Assembly: GCA_049322915.1 (NCBI GenBank)
Contig: JBMOPW010000014.1
Coordinates: 445,517 to 509,516 of the forward strand
Direction of reading: 5' to 3'
Source of the DNA: Candidatus Zhuqueibacterota bacterium
GTDB lineage: Bacteria; Zhuqueibacterota; Zhuqueibacteria; Thermofontimicrobiales; Thermofontimicrobiaceae
DNA length: 64,000 bases
Positions within the stretch are counted from its first letter, which is position 1, and the number at the start of each line of letters is the position of its first letter. The translations under genes were made by a program, and so were the position numbers. Positions 40,822 through 51,941 of the stretch are shown in pieces. The notes beneath the pieces were generated by a model. It worked only from the letters and a program-made list of their open reading frames with translations. It ran no database searches and had not been told where the DNA came from.

Positions 40822-40860
40822 AAAAGAAAAAGAGTGAACGCAGTGGCGCGCTCACTCATT
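40822..40860 (-). terminator. Rho-independent terminator after the response regulator
   Basis: GAGTGAGCGC..GCGTTCACTC followed by TTTTTCTTTT on the minus strand. Confidence 0.6.
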
Positions 40861-40936
40861 GTACAGGATATTCCACTCGTCAGGTGAGTTGCATGAATTC
40901 CCTGGCAATCTGAAATGGTAACGCAAACTCAGGCAG

Positions 40937-41305
40937 CTATTGGTTTTGGTTATCTAACTCCAGCAATTCGGCCACTTTTTCTTTCAATTCTTTCAGGTTA
41001 GACGATTTAATCAGATAGGCATCTGCGGACCACGTTGAAAAATCTGCCTTGAACGAGGAGTAGGCTGAATTCAAAATGACTTTAATATCCTTATTCACAT
41101 CCATTATCTCTTTGAGAGTCTCTATGCCGCTCATTCCTTCCATTTTTATATCAAGAATCGCCAGGTCAATTTGTTCATGATGAATTTTCTCCAGAGCCTG
41201 TTCACCATTCTCAGCGATGATAACGCGATATCCCTCGTCGCGCAATTCCTGTTCATACAATAACCGCAAATATTTTTCATCATCAACGATTAGAACTGTT
41301 TTCAT
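40937..41305 (-). CDS. Single-domain response regulator
   Basis: VLIVDDE, ILDIKM and a conserved Lys in YLIKS. Confidence 0.9.
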   Translation of the reverse strand: MKTVLIVDDEKYLRLLYEQELRDEGYRVIIAENGEQALEKIHHEQIDLAILDIKMEGMSGIETLKEIMDVNKDIKVILNSAYSSFKADFSTWSADAYLIKSSNLKELKEKVAELLELDNQNQ

Positions 41306-41675
41306 GGTATGCCTCACAAAACTTGTATGACCGTATCCAGGTTGCAGATCAAGTGCCACCCATGTCCCCTTACCAATCTAAACTTGTCAGTTAAACATAA
41401 GATAATTTATTTAGAAAATCAACCTATTTTTAGAAATTTTAATGAAACTTAAAGGTTGAACTGCCTGAAAAAGTGGTGCATTTCTGCCATCGTCAGAGCG
41501 CTGGGATGCGTTCAGTGGGTTTGAGCCGGCAAATTTCAGGAGCGAAACTGCTGGCGCAACGGGCTCATAATTTTATAAATAACCACGGTTATAATATATC
41601 TGTCGTGGGTTACAAAGTGGCGCAACGACGAATGGACTTGATGAGTATGAATTTGCTGGCAGCATGGAGCAGAAA

Positions 41676-41714
41676 TAAAAAAGGCCAGCATCGCGTTCCC
41701 ATTCGATGCTGGCC
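41676..41714 (-). terminator. Rho-independent terminator
   Basis: GGCCAGCATCG..CGATGCTGGCC followed by TTTTTT on the minus strand. Confidence 0.7.
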
Positions 41715-41876
41715 CCCCCCTAATCTCAGATGTGAATCAATTTAACCAAAAGAGAGTTCCCAATTCTCCCTGGCAAATTAATCTACCCAAAATTTTCAAC
41801 TGTAACATAACAGCAATTAAATGGAAATGCGGAAAAATTTTTCAAAAAAAACTTAATCTGTTAACTCACTGAATTT

Positions 41877-43439
41877 CTATTTTTTAAGAAAATAAAGATT
41901 GACCAGTTTCGTATTTTTATAGTAATGCATCAGAATATTTTGATAGGGAATTTTTTTCAAGGCCATGACGGTCGCTCCCACCTGGCACAGTCCCACACCA
42001 TGGCCCCAGCCAGCGCCTTTGAAAATGAATCGGGCGACTTTCCCATCCGGATGAAATTCTTTCGATACGTAAAAACAGGAGCTGTAAAGATGACTTTTCG
42101 ATAGCACGCGACGTATCTCCAGCTCCTTGCCGATTTTCAGCGTTTGCCCTGATCCGACAAGGTTGATGTAAATGAGTCGGCCGGAGTCGCCGCGCTCCAG
42201 AGGGATGATGTCGCGCAGTTCCCCGATGTCCTTGCCTGTCTTCTCGGCGATCAACTTTTCCAGTTCCTCGCGCGAATAGATTACTTCCCAGCGAAACAGG
42301 TTTTTGGTGGAATAGAGATTGGCCAGCTTTTCAGGCAGTTTGTGAATTTCCGTGTTGCAGTAGACTGGCAGACTTGCGTCGATCAGCGCTCTGGCGGTTT
42401 CTTCAGTATTGGCCGGGTAGTCGATTTTCTCATCGCTGTCGACGCCGGACACCATGTACGGAATATCCCGATTTTCCCAGACATAGCGATAATCCTCCAT
42501 AATTCCGCCGCAAATCTTTGAGTAACGGGCATCGCAAATTTCATCGCCGTGGAGGAGAATTTGTCCCCAGGTATTTTCGACCGCTTGCCGGGAGATGCGT
42601 TGCTCCCGCTTTTTTCCGTGGTAACACTGGCAATGATCATCGGAACAGAGATGAAAGTTGGTGTTGTAATGATGCTTTCCCATGGTTGCCAGAGCGGTAT
42701 TTCGAGCGATGACCGTTTGACTCTCCAGCAGTCCGATGGGGCAGTCCGACGTCATTTCCGAGGAGTTGACGCTGACCAGATAATTTTCCAGATCGATTTC
42801 ATTGATGGCGACTAATTTACCCTGGTTGTTGAATCCGACTTCAATGACGCCCCGATAGTCCAGGTCCTCGAATTTCTGCCAGTGAAACTGAATGCCGATC
42901 ATAATATTGGAAATTGTGATGTGCGATGATTCATCGTTTGAATCAGGGACAATGCGCACCGTGGGCCCGAGATTCCTGCCATCCATTTCGATTTCGCCGC
43001 TGGCCTGGTTCAGAATATTTTCAACAACCACAAACTCCCCGGGATTTTCCTGGACATTGCGGAACGCCAGCGCGTCTTCGTAGCTGGTAAAATCTCCAAT
43101 CACAATCCAGTGCTCGCGATTACTGATGGTGCGGTTTTGAATTTTAAATTCTAATCCAACGGTTCGCACGCAGGCGTCCAGACCGCGGGAGGACAATTCA
43201 CCAGCCCATTTTTCAGCTTTGGCAACATCGCGCTCAATACCGGCCCGCACCTGATAGCGCAATTCTGCCGGCGAGCTCCGGCGGATGGTCAACGTGTACT
43301 GTTTTTCTGCGTCGCCATTCTGAAGCGTTGTCCCCCCTGTGTTTTGCACGGTGAAAGCATGGGTGGTTTTAAAGACTACTTTGTCAGTGGACTGAAGAAT
43401 GCCAATTCGAATATTGGGAATATCGTTCGTGAATGTCAA
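41877..43439 (-). CDS. SpoIID/LytB-domain protein (peptidoglycan lytic transglycosylase family)
   Basis: LENYLVSVNSSEM, LESQTVIAR, DDHCQCY and GWGHGVGLCQVGA. Confidence 0.9.
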   Translation of the reverse strand: MTFTNDIPNIRIGILQSTDKVVFKTTHAFTVQNTGGTTLQNGDAEKQYTLTIRRSSPAELRYQVRAGIERDVAKAEKWAGELSSRGLDACVRTVGLEFKIQNRTISNREHWIVIGDFTSYEDALAFRNVQENPGEFVVVENILNQASGEIEMDGRNLGPTVRIVPDSNDESSHITISNIMIGIQFHWQKFEDLDYRGVIEVGFNNQGKLVAINEIDLENYLVSVNSSEMTSDCPIGLLESQTVIARNTALATMGKHHYNTNFHLCSDDHCQCYHGKKREQRISRQAVENTWGQILLHGDEICDARYSKICGGIMEDYRYVWENRDIPYMVSGVDSDEKIDYPANTEETARALIDASLPVYCNTEIHKLPEKLANLYSTKNLFRWEVIYSREELEKLIAEKTGKDIGELRDIIPLERGDSGRLIYINLVGSGQTLKIGKELEIRRVLSKSHLYSSCFYVSKEFHPDGKVARFIFKGAGWGHGVGLCQVGATVMALKKIPYQNILMHYYKNTKLVNLYFLKK

Positions 43440-43805
43440 TTTCGTGTTCCTCCGAATAGAGTGAAGCGTTCATACCTTTGATTTTTAAAATGAGCTATTG
43501 AAAGCATTCGCTCAATCAGCGACGCATGCCTGTAGCGTTTCATCCAGTTGAGCGACTCGCTTTTCTGAATTTACAATAGTTGCTGGGTTGCCCTGTTTTT
43601 GTCCGTGCTCAGATTGCTGCTGTGCTTCAATCAACAGATCCAACTAACAGCGACGAACATTCTTCGGGTTCATCATCAACTGTGATACAATCCCATTCGT
43701 AAACATCCGCCGATATTCCTGGGCTATTGGAGAACCCTCAGAGTGACAATCCATCCTGTTATAAAATGACTTAAAAACAGTGATTCCGAAGTCATCTCGC
43801 CATTC

Positions 43806-46277
43806 CTATAGCGCCGCTACAATTTTACTCAAAGCAGCTAATCCCTTAATCTCCTCTTCCTTTGCCGATAAAAGATGGGTGATGGCTGTATTACAAAGCT
43901 CTTTGTCCTTCAGATTCGTCTCTCGTTGAAGAACTGATACCGTAAAGCATGGAAACAGCCCGGATACTTTGTGCAAATTCCCAGCAGCTTTTTTATAATG
44001 AAGAATAGCCTCATCAAACAATGGGTGTAGAACTGAATTGACCTGCCCCCTGGCTTCGGTCAAAAAAGGAACAGCATAGCTGCGGCATTCTGACCATACC
44101 AGGGCATTGAAGGCTGCTCCGAACGCATCGGCCTTGCCCAATTTCAAAGCGGCAATCCATTGATCGTAAGCTGCAGGTCCTGGTTTGTATTCCGTACCGA
44201 TCCACTTATTTGTCTCGGCTGAAAAATCGATGGCGAAACGTAAGGCCTCTTTTATCGTTTTATCCACAGGCGCCGGCTCACAGGGTTTCACAATATGAAT
44301 GTCGAAATACTCATCCGGCAGGCCCAATTCTGTCCACAGCTTGGGCCCATCGCCGGATTCACACCCGGCTCCGTTGTAATAATAGCCGCATCGATCGTAT
44401 CCATGGATCAAAGACGCTTCCGGAATCGCGTGCAGCGGATAACCGTAACAGGGATAGCCGTTATCGATGGCTTGGCGCACTGATTCCCATGCCTGCTGCT
44501 GTTGGGATTGAAAATCTCCGTGCGATTTTTCGCTCCTAATATTCTCCGTCTGAAAGCCGATGTTTTTCCCCAGACGATAAAATTCTTCTTTATTCCATGC
44601 CCCCACACTGTACGAAAGAACCTGTTCATGAATATTGATGAGAAATGCATAGCCGGTCGCGCCATAAAGCCATGCATCGGAGACTGGTTTATTTAAATAA
44701 TTTAAACAGCCCTTAATACATCCCAGTAAGGCAAGCGATTTTGGTTCCCATTTTAATCCGGGCAGTTCTTTGATTTTAACACCAAACTCAGGGAATTGTT
44801 GTAAATAGGAAGGAGTTATCACAGCCGGCAGGATGTAGCGGTTCATGATGTCCGGTCCGAACTCTGTTGATCCGAAAAAATCCGAAGTTAAAACCACAAC
44901 CAGGTCCAATGCCGGGACGCCGAATATCCACTGCCCGCCCAATCCTGCTCCAGAAAACACTTCCACGATGCGGTCATGAATCCGGTATTGATGGGGGCCC
45001 CAATGATTCCAGTATTCCGGTCCCTCGCATTGAGTGAGCCGGGCGCCGGATTTTTGTATCCATTCTCTCGATACAATCCTTTGACCCAAATATTCTCCTT
45101 CATTCAGGTAAAGGATCCCCAGCTTTGCCATATCACGCGGAAAAATTGATAGACCGCCGCCGGCCTGTACGCGGCCGTCGGACATAATTTCCCAATAGTA
45201 TTCTTTGATGTGCAGAGGAGCAAACAGATATGTTTCGGCAAATTTATCCAGGCGCAGGCCGGAGGTTTTTTTAACGATCTCTCCCATTGTGGCTGGCAGG
45301 ACACTATTATAAACGAATTTTTCTCCCGGTTTATTGCTCAGTGGTTTTTCGAAAAGATATTTGATGCAATCGCCGCTCGATCCTGCTGCCGTTGAGCTGT
45401 TGCGCGAATCCAGATAGCTGTGACTTTGCTCGTCCCACTGAAATCCGGCGGTCATGGATAGCAAATGATAGAGTGTAATTTCCTTCTTTACTCCGGTTCC
45501 GATGCTCGATGAGTATTCCGGAAAATAGTTGCAGAGCGGGGTGTTCAAATCCGATATCAGGTTTTTATCCAGGGCAATACCGGCGCAAGTGCCAGTTACG
45601 CTCTTGGTCACGGAAGCGATGAAATGTTTTTGATCGCGCTTATAGCCATAGAAGTATTCTTCCAGCACCAGCTTATTATCCTTAACGATGAGAACGCTAT
45701 GTAAATTTTTATAATCCTCATCGAGTATCTTTTCCATCAGATTGACAATTAAATTTGTATCGATACCTGCTTCGCTAAGGGAGGCAGTTTGCCAATCATC
45801 ATCGATCTGCTTTGGAATCGTATAATGATAATTCAAAACGCGGTTGCCGGAGCGGTCAATCCGCGGAGCCATATTTTCCAATAATGGCGCATTTGGGGTC
45901 AGGGTCATTGGATAATGATTTGCACCGTCGCTGTAATACCCTTCGATACTATTTTTCTCTTTGTCATACCTCCCGGCGTATCTGGATTTCTGCGAATTCG
46001 ACAGATGAATTTCAAAGAACAGGGAGTCACCATTAAAGATGACATTCTGCACCGGGATATTGAAAGCTTTTTGGTCCGGAATATTCAAACTGGCCGTGAG
46101 ATTCCCGTGGGCGTCTCTGTCAATCTTCCAGACAAATTTGAGTTGAAGGAATCCCTCCCAGATTCCTGTCACGCGTGAATTGTCCTGGGCTGCAACAGTA
46201 GTCACGATAGCCAGGAATAGGGAAATTACCAGGATGAATATCACGAAGATCTTTTTCAATGGATTGGTTGTCTTCAA
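43806..46277 (-). CDS. Exported serine hydrolase (beta-lactamase class C-like) with extra N- and C-terminal domains
   Basis: Signal peptide, ASVTKS (SxxK), HLLSMTAG, FVYNS and GAGLGGQ. Confidence 0.85.
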   Translation of the reverse strand: MKTTNPLKKIFVIFILVISLFLAIVTTVAAQDNSRVTGIWEGFLQLKFVWKIDRDAHGNLTASLNIPDQKAFNIPVQNVIFNGDSLFFEIHLSNSQKSRYAGRYDKEKNSIEGYYSDGANHYPMTLTPNAPLLENMAPRIDRSGNRVLNYHYTIPKQIDDDWQTASLSEAGIDTNLIVNLMEKILDEDYKNLHSVLIVKDNKLVLEEYFYGYKRDQKHFIASVTKSVTGTCAGIALDKNLISDLNTPLCNYFPEYSSSIGTGVKKEITLYHLLSMTAGFQWDEQSHSYLDSRNSSTAAGSSGDCIKYLFEKPLSNKPGEKFVYNSVLPATMGEIVKKTSGLRLDKFAETYLFAPLHIKEYYWEIMSDGRVQAGGGLSIFPRDMAKLGILYLNEGEYLGQRIVSREWIQKSGARLTQCEGPEYWNHWGPHQYRIHDRIVEVFSGAGLGGQWIFGVPALDLVVVLTSDFFGSTEFGPDIMNRYILPAVITPSYLQQFPEFGVKIKELPGLKWEPKSLALLGCIKGCLNYLNKPVSDAWLYGATGYAFLINIHEQVLSYSVGAWNKEEFYRLGKNIGFQTENIRSEKSHGDFQSQQQQAWESVRQAIDNGYPCYGYPLHAIPEASLIHGYDRCGYYYNGAGCESGDGPKLWTELGLPDEYFDIHIVKPCEPAPVDKTIKEALRFAIDFSAETNKWIGTEYKPGPAAYDQWIAALKLGKADAFGAAFNALVWSECRSYAVPFLTEARGQVNSVLHPLFDEAILHYKKAAGNLHKVSGLFPCFTVSVLQRETNLKDKELCNTAITHLLSAKEEEIKGLAALSKIVAAL

Positions 46278-46601
46278 TGTTTTCCTCCCGAGAATTAAAT
46301 ATTATCCACTAAGCCGCAAAGCTGCTAAAAGAGCAAAATAAAAAAAGTTCTACAGGAGAATTCCTCTCATTGAATTCATTTTCGGGTATGAATTACGCTC
46401 TGTTCCAGGCAGGCCTGGAGGCTTCGAGGCCGATACATGATGCACCTGAAAATTTCCAGATGCACTATTTTACGGTTGCCATTCACAGGTCAACGTGTTT
46501 TTGGTCTCATGTAAAGCGTGCACGTGAATTAGCCAAATGCACGGAATCATTGCTTTCAGTGATGTATCTCCGAATCGAATGAAAACAAGCCGCTGATGAG
46601 G

Positions 46602-47393
46602 TCAGACTTTTTCATCCAATTCACAATAATGATAGAACAACTTGAAGCCGTAGAAGGTGACAAGGCCAGCCACGATCAGTATGGGAATGCTCACGTGTTC
46701 TTTATACAGATACCACGAATAGCTCTCTTTTTCCATGTTCGCAAAGGCCAGAGCAACGCCGTTATTGATGAAATGAACGATCGCCGATGGGATGATGCTG
46801 TCGCTTTTCCACGACATCACGCCGAGCACTATTCCGAACACCAGCACCTGTATGCTCCACCAGGGATTGAAATGCACCACGGCAAAGATCAACGATGTGG
46901 CCATGACAGCTTTGGTGATATCAAATGTGTTCTCAAAGCCGGTTTGAACAAAACCGCGGAACATCATCTCTTCAACAAAGGCGGCTAAAAAAACGGCCGA
47001 AAACCCGATGATGATTAAATCAGACAAAGAATTTATCTGGATGGATTTTTGAATTGCTTCAGCAAGTGGTTCCGGAAGTGGAAAAAAAATCTGGACAATC
47101 CGATCGATTTCATCCGAAACGATAGTAAACGCCAGGCCAATTGCCAGACTGGCTGCAACGACGCGCCAGTTCACCCATTTTAATCGGAAGAGACGAATGA
47201 TCGAGTAGTTGTTCCGGATGATAAAAATGGTTGCCGGCAGAACAATCAAGCCTTCGAGCAGAAACAGTTCCTTGCGCTGGCCAAAGATGGCGCTGAGAAA
47301 TCCAATTGACGAAGTCACGATCAGCGTAAAGAGGATGACAATGGTCACTTCTCTCAACTGGGGGTAATCATCACGATGCGGTGCAGTGTTCAT
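46602..47393 (-). CDS. CPBP/Abi-family intramembrane metalloprotease
   Basis: EEMMFRG, FAVVH and HFINN motifs. Confidence 0.92.
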   Translation of the reverse strand: MNTAPHRDDYPQLREVTIVILFTLIVTSSIGFLSAIFGQRKELFLLEGLIVLPATIFIIRNNYSIIRLFRLKWVNWRVVAASLAIGLAFTIVSDEIDRIVQIFFPLPEPLAEAIQKSIQINSLSDLIIIGFSAVFLAAFVEEMMFRGFVQTGFENTFDITKAVMATSLIFAVVHFNPWWSIQVLVFGIVLGVMSWKSDSIIPSAIVHFINNGVALAFANMEKESYSWYLYKEHVSIPILIVAGLVTFYGFKLFYHYCELDEKV

Positions 47394-47415
47394 GCTATTC
47401 CGGGGTTTGCTTGAA

Positions 47416-48189
47416 TTAATTCACTATACGAGAAATTAGAATGGCTGCGGCTGCAGCCATGTTCAGAGATTCCGCTTTGCCTTTGCGGGGAATGGCTACA
47501 GAATAATCCACGTGAGTCAAAATCCCTGGATCGATGCCCGAGTTTTCATTCCCGATAACCAGGCCTGCCGGTAACTGGTAGTTCACCTCAGTCATGAGGA
47601 ATTTACCATTAACGTCTGCGCCGTAAACAGTGAAACCCATTTCTTTCAATCGGGGTAGCGCCTCGGAGAGATTGACATCCTGGAGAATGGGTACGTGAAA
47701 CAAAGAGCCCATGGTGGCGCGAACGACCTTGGGATTGTACAACTCAGCGGTGCCCTGGCCCAGGAGCACGACATCGGCGCCGAACCAGTCGCAGGTTCGA
47801 ATGATGGTTCCCACGTTGCCGGGATCCTGGCCGGCATCGAGGATGATGGCGAGTTTCGCGCGATGCCAGGGTATCATTTCAAACGATACCTGTTTCTGCT
47901 GCACCACACCAAAGACTCCCTGACTGTGCATTGTTTCGGCAAGGGTGTCCGCATCTTTAATGGCTATCTCGGTGACGTGAATGGCATGTTCCCGCGCCGG
48001 AGCAATCAAAGCCTGAACCTCTGCCAAAGGCAATAAATCGCTGCGAATGAGCAGTTCGGTGACGGAGAAATCCGAGGATAACGCCTCCTGACACATCCGA
48101 AGCCCTTCCACGAGAAATAAATGTTCCAGATGCCGGAACTTCTTTTGTCTGAGTGCAGCAATCGCCTTGAGTCGGTTTTTCGATATCAT
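47416..48189 (-). CDS. TrmH/SpoU-family RNA methyltransferase
   Basis: DPGNVGTIIR, GNENSG and ESLN; start MISKNR. Confidence 0.92.
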   Translation of the reverse strand: MISKNRLKAIAALRQKKFRHLEHLFLVEGLRMCQEALSSDFSVTELLIRSDLLPLAEVQALIAPAREHAIHVTEIAIKDADTLAETMHSQGVFGVVQQKQVSFEMIPWHRAKLAIILDAGQDPGNVGTIIRTCDWFGADVVLLGQGTAELYNPKVVRATMGSLFHVPILQDVNLSEALPRLKEMGFTVYGADVNGKFLMTEVNYQLPAGLVIGNENSGIDPGILTHVDYSVAIPRKGKAESLNMAAAAAILISRIVN

Positions 48190-48645
48190 GCCCGGTACCA
48201 GCGTTCTGAATTGGATGAACGAAAGAAATACGTTTTGCAAAAGCTGTCGGGATTGTAGAACGAAACAAGTCACATCGAAATTATCGGATGCGTTGTCCCC
48301 GTGCCAGTCGCGCAAATTCGAGACCGGTCACTGGCGCAATGCCGGTGGAATGATTTTCATGCGAAAGAAGTTCCTTAATGGAACGAACAGAGCGAAAACC
48401 ATTTCCGGTTCGCGGAGGAATTCTCACGCGCCATTCAGATCCATCATGCATGTCGCATGGAAATAAAAAAAGGATTAATGCCCGGAGTAGGTAACAGTGC
48501 TACATCCCGTTTCTATCTTCAGTGCGCTAATCCCTTTATTGTGTTCACAGAAAAACGTCGCTCACTACGTTCAATGCACAATCAATTCATGCAATACTTT
48601 TTCAGTAACTTCACATCTCTTCCCCTGGGGTCGGTCCGACCTGGT

Positions 48646-49119
48646 TCAGTTGGTTTCGAAATACTTTTCTTCTTCTTCCTGAATAATGGACATCACTTCG
48701 TATGCCGATCTTGAATTCAGTAGCTTGTTTCGAAATTCCTCTTTGTGCATGAGGCGGGAGATTCGGCTCAATGCTTTTAAATGAGGGCCGGTTTTATCCG
48801 GCGGCCCGACTAATAAGAAGATGAGACGGACTGGCTTGTTGTCGATGGAATGAAAATCAACATCGCTGTCGGTGATGCCCAGCGATGCGACAATGTCTTT
48901 GACCCCTTCTGCTTTGCCGTGAGGAATAGCCACATGGTCGCCTACGCCGGTGCTCATGACATTTTCACGGTCAAGGATGGCTTTCAATATTTTATCTCGG
49001 TTGCTGATTTTCTTCTTCGTATGCAGATGATCGACCATCTCCTCAATGATCTCCTTTTTCTTGTGGCTCTTCAAAGGGATTATCACAAGATCATCTGTCA
49101 GTATATCTTTTAACTTCAT
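48646..49119 (-). CDS. PTS EIIA (fructose/Ntr type)
   Basis: RENVMSTGVGDHVAIPH motif; GGAGG RBS. Confidence 0.93.
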   Translation of the reverse strand: MKLKDILTDDLVIIPLKSHKKKEIIEEMVDHLHTKKKISNRDKILKAILDRENVMSTGVGDHVAIPHGKAEGVKDIVASLGITDSDVDFHSIDNKPVRLIFLLVGPPDKTGPHLKALSRISRLMHKEEFRNKLLNSRSAYEVMSIIQEEEEKYFETN

Positions 49120-49185
49120 TTAATTACACCTCCGATATTCATTCACAATTTAAAAATATTTTTTTAAATTGCAAACATTTTTTAA

Positions 49186-49346
49186 CCTGAATTATTCATG
49201 AACTTGCTCAGAATTTGAGTCAACATTGAGATTTTCAATTAGCTAAAGGCTAAGCTATTTTGAAACTCAGTTTTTATACGTTTATTCCAAAAAGAGCACC
49301 ATTCAGGTTAGCCAGCCTCCTCTAAAAATACTATGAATAATGCAGG
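49186..49346. mobile_element. 161-bp MITE, copy 1 (IS1380-like ends)
   Basis: TIRs CCTGAATTATTCAT / ATGAATAATGCAGG with TTAA on both sides; near-identical inverted copy at 63538-63697. Confidence 0.85.
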
Positions 49347-49599
49347 TTAAAAAGCAAATTCTCTGCCCATGAGGCTATTCATATTTTCGACCGTTTCAGT
49401 GAAAATGAAAAGTCCAAAAGGTTGTTTGTAACAATTAGCGCGCTGACCCTGCAATGGCCGAAATGGAAATGTGAGATGAAGCGCTCACGTCCGGAGAATT
49501 CATGCCTTTAAAAGAAAGAAAGCCCTGAATCTGAGAAATAGACCAGGGCTTTTCACAGGGATTGCAGCGAGCGAAATGATGCTGACGCACCAAGACGGA

Positions 49600-50082
49600 T
49601 TAGAGTTTATATCCAAAATGGCGCAGCAGTTGCTTTCTCTCGGCGATATCTTTTTCAGTCTCCACTCCAAGAGCTTTTGCCCCATCGATGACGCCCAGAA
49701 TGCCACGGCCCTGAGAGGATTCCACAATGATCACTTCGACAGGGTTGGCTGTCGCGCAGAAAATATTGACAACCTCTGGAACATCCTTCACAGCTTTCAA
49801 GACATTGATGGGAAAGGCGTTTTTGATGAACACAATGAAAGAATGCCCGACACTCAACTGCAGCGCATTGTCCCTGGCTAACTTTGTAAGACCATCGTCG
49901 TTGCCAGACCATCTGACCAGTCGTTTGTCCGACGCCTCGCAGAAGGCGATCCCAAATTTGATGTTCGGAACCGAATTCACCAGCGCTTCATGGATATCCT
50001 CGACTGTCTTTATGAAATGGGATTGGCCTAAAATTAAATTCAGGCTGTCCGGGTTTTCTATCGTTATTTTGGAAAGTTCCAT
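49600..50082 (-). CDS. Adenosine-specific kinase (DUF355 family)
   Basis: [17 protein letters not shown] and FCATANP. Confidence 0.88.
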   Translation of the reverse strand: MELSKITIENPDSLNLILGQSHFIKTVEDIHEALVNSVPNIKFGIAFCEASDKRLVRWSGNDDGLTKLARDNALQLSVGHSFIVFIKNAFPINVLKAVKDVPEVVNIFCATANPVEVIIVESSQGRGILGVIDGAKALGVETEKDIAERKQLLRHFGYKL

Positions 50083-50449
50083 AGCGGCCTCCTGCTGCCA
50101 TTTTTTAAATTCTGGATGTCTGGTAACCTGATCAGGTCGGTTAACATAGTAATTTTTAAAATGGAAGTCAAGTATTTTATCTTGTTTTTAGTGGACAGGG
50201 ACTGCAATGTTACCACGGCCGGAAAAGGTCTGAATCGATTGAAAAGGTACTGCCAGTCGGAATGCATAACGCTACAAAGTAAAGGAGCGGTGAATGTAAT
50301 TGTGAAAGAGCCATGCGCAACGGGGATTAATTCTGTAGCACTCCTTCTGTTTCTTCATTTAATACGGGTGAAATGCCGGGATCGAACTGGCATGCGCCAT
50401 CCAAATTTCCAAACGGGAGGAGTCATTTCACTGGATGTGAGATTTTGCC

Positions 50450-50629
50450 ATGAAAAAATATCCGACCATAGTCGTCAGTCTCTCGCTGACGGTCATCCTC
50501 TGTTCGCTGTCCTGTCCGGGATCTGTGCGGAATCAGCGCCAATCGGACTCATTCATCCTCGATACGATCAATGAGGTGGAACGATCCGATGAAATCACGT
50601 TACAATCCACTATTGTCTCACCGCTGTAA
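50450..50629 (+). CDS. Small putative lipoprotein (59 aa), absent from the ORF track
   Basis: MKKYPTIVVSLSLTVILCSLSC: basic N-terminus, hydrophobic core and lipobox-like SLSC. Confidence 0.45.
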   Translation: MKKYPTIVVSLSLTVILCSLSCPGSVRNQRQSDSFILDTINEVERSDEITLQSTIVSPL

Positions 50630-50679
50630 ACCGGTTATTTTTTCGTAATGTTAGCAACGAAAATCCAATAAATTTCTCA

Positions 50680-50708
50680 TTGCTTTTAGCACGATTTTTT
50701 ATTATACT
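50680..50708 (+). promoter_or_regulatory. Sigma70-type promoter
   Basis: TTGCTT-17 bp-TATACT. Confidence 0.55.
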
Positions 50709-50873
50709 ATACCTGCGATTGAAGACTGAAGGCGAATAAATAAATATCATTTTATGTCGATTCAAAGAATAATTGGCGTCATGATACTTTGCTCGAAGTC
50801 CAATGTGAGTTAACTGCGCCAGACATTTGAGAGCATTCAACACGTAAAAGCAAACGAGAAAGGATGTCCAGGG

Positions 50874-51938
50874 ATGAAGGCTTTAATAACCAGCGGTGGA
50901 AAAGGAACCCGTTTACGTCCGTTAACCCATACTCAGAACAAACATTTAATCCCCATCGCCAACAAACCGATTTTGAACTACGCCATCGATACCGTCGTTG
51001 ACGCCGGCATCAAGGAAATCGGGATTGTCACCAATGCTGAAACCAATGAAGTGGAGCGGGCCATTGGCGATGGCAGCCGATGGGGCGTGCATATCACTTA
51101 CATTCCGCAGGAAGCGCCTCTGGGGCTGGCCCATGTCATTAAAATCTCCGAAGATTTCATCGGAAAAGATCCGTTCATCTTTTATCTCGGCGATAACATG
51201 GTGGTCGGCGGCGTGCAGCGGTTCGTTGAGGAATTCACCAATGATCATGTCAATTGCTATCTGACTTTAGCCAAGGTGAAAGACCCTGAGCGATTTGGCG
51301 TCCCGGAAATCGACAACAAGCGCATCATTTCCATCGTTGAAAAACCAAAAATGCCCAAGAGTGAATTCGCTGTGGCTGGCATTTACATTTACGACCACAA
51401 TATTTTCGAAGCTGTGAACAATATTAAACCCAGCAAACGCGGCGAGCTGGAAATTTCCGACGCGCACCAATATCTGATCGAACATGGATTTCAGATCGGT
51501 TTCTCAGAAATTACCGGGTGGTGGAAAGATACCGGAAAACCGATCGATCTGCTCGAGGCGAACCGCCTTGTGCTCGAACACATGGCCCCACGCATCGATG
51601 GCTTTATCGATGATAAATCCTACATCACCGGCAATGTCGTGGTTGAGCGCGGCGCAAAAATCATCGACAGCAAAGTCCGCGGGCCGCTCATCATCGGACG
51701 CGGCACGCTCATTGAAAATAGCTATATCGGGCCATTCACTTCCATCCATGACGACTGCCGCATCATCAACAGCGAGGTCGAATTCAGCATCATTCTGAAT
51801 GACTGCGAAATTCGGGACATTGGTGTGCGCATCGAAAGCAGCCTGTTGGGCACAGATGTGAAAATCGTGAAATCAAATTCGAAGCCATCGACGCATAATT
51901 TAATCATCGGCGACCAGAGTCGGGTTGAGTTAGTGTAA
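50874..51938 (+). CDS. Glucose-1-phosphate thymidylyltransferase, long form
   Basis: GGKGTRLRP, EKP, RGELEISD, WWKDTGK and a C-terminal hexapeptide region. Confidence 0.92.
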   Translation: MKALITSGGKGTRLRPLTHTQNKHLIPIANKPILNYAIDTVVDAGIKEIGIVTNAETNEVERAIGDGSRWGVHITYIPQEAPLGLAHVIKISEDFIGKDPFIFYLGDNMVVGGVQRFVEEFTNDHVNCYLTLAKVKDPERFGVPEIDNKRIISIVEKPKMPKSEFAVAGIYIYDHNIFEAVNNIKPSKRGELEISDAHQYLIEHGFQIGFSEITGWWKDTGKPIDLLEANRLVLEHMAPRIDGFIDDKSYITGNVVVERGAKIIDSKVRGPLIIGRGTLIENSYIGPFTSIHDDCRIINSEVEFSIILNDCEIRDIGVRIESSLLGTDVKIVKSNSKPSTHNLIIGDQSRVELV

Positions 51939-51941
51939 TTC

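Noticed and set aside
43512..43754. 81-codon minus-strand frame with one internal TAG (stop read-through or pseudogene)
   Set aside because: No recognisable motif and no evidence of recoding elsewhere in the window; may be chance or a remnant.
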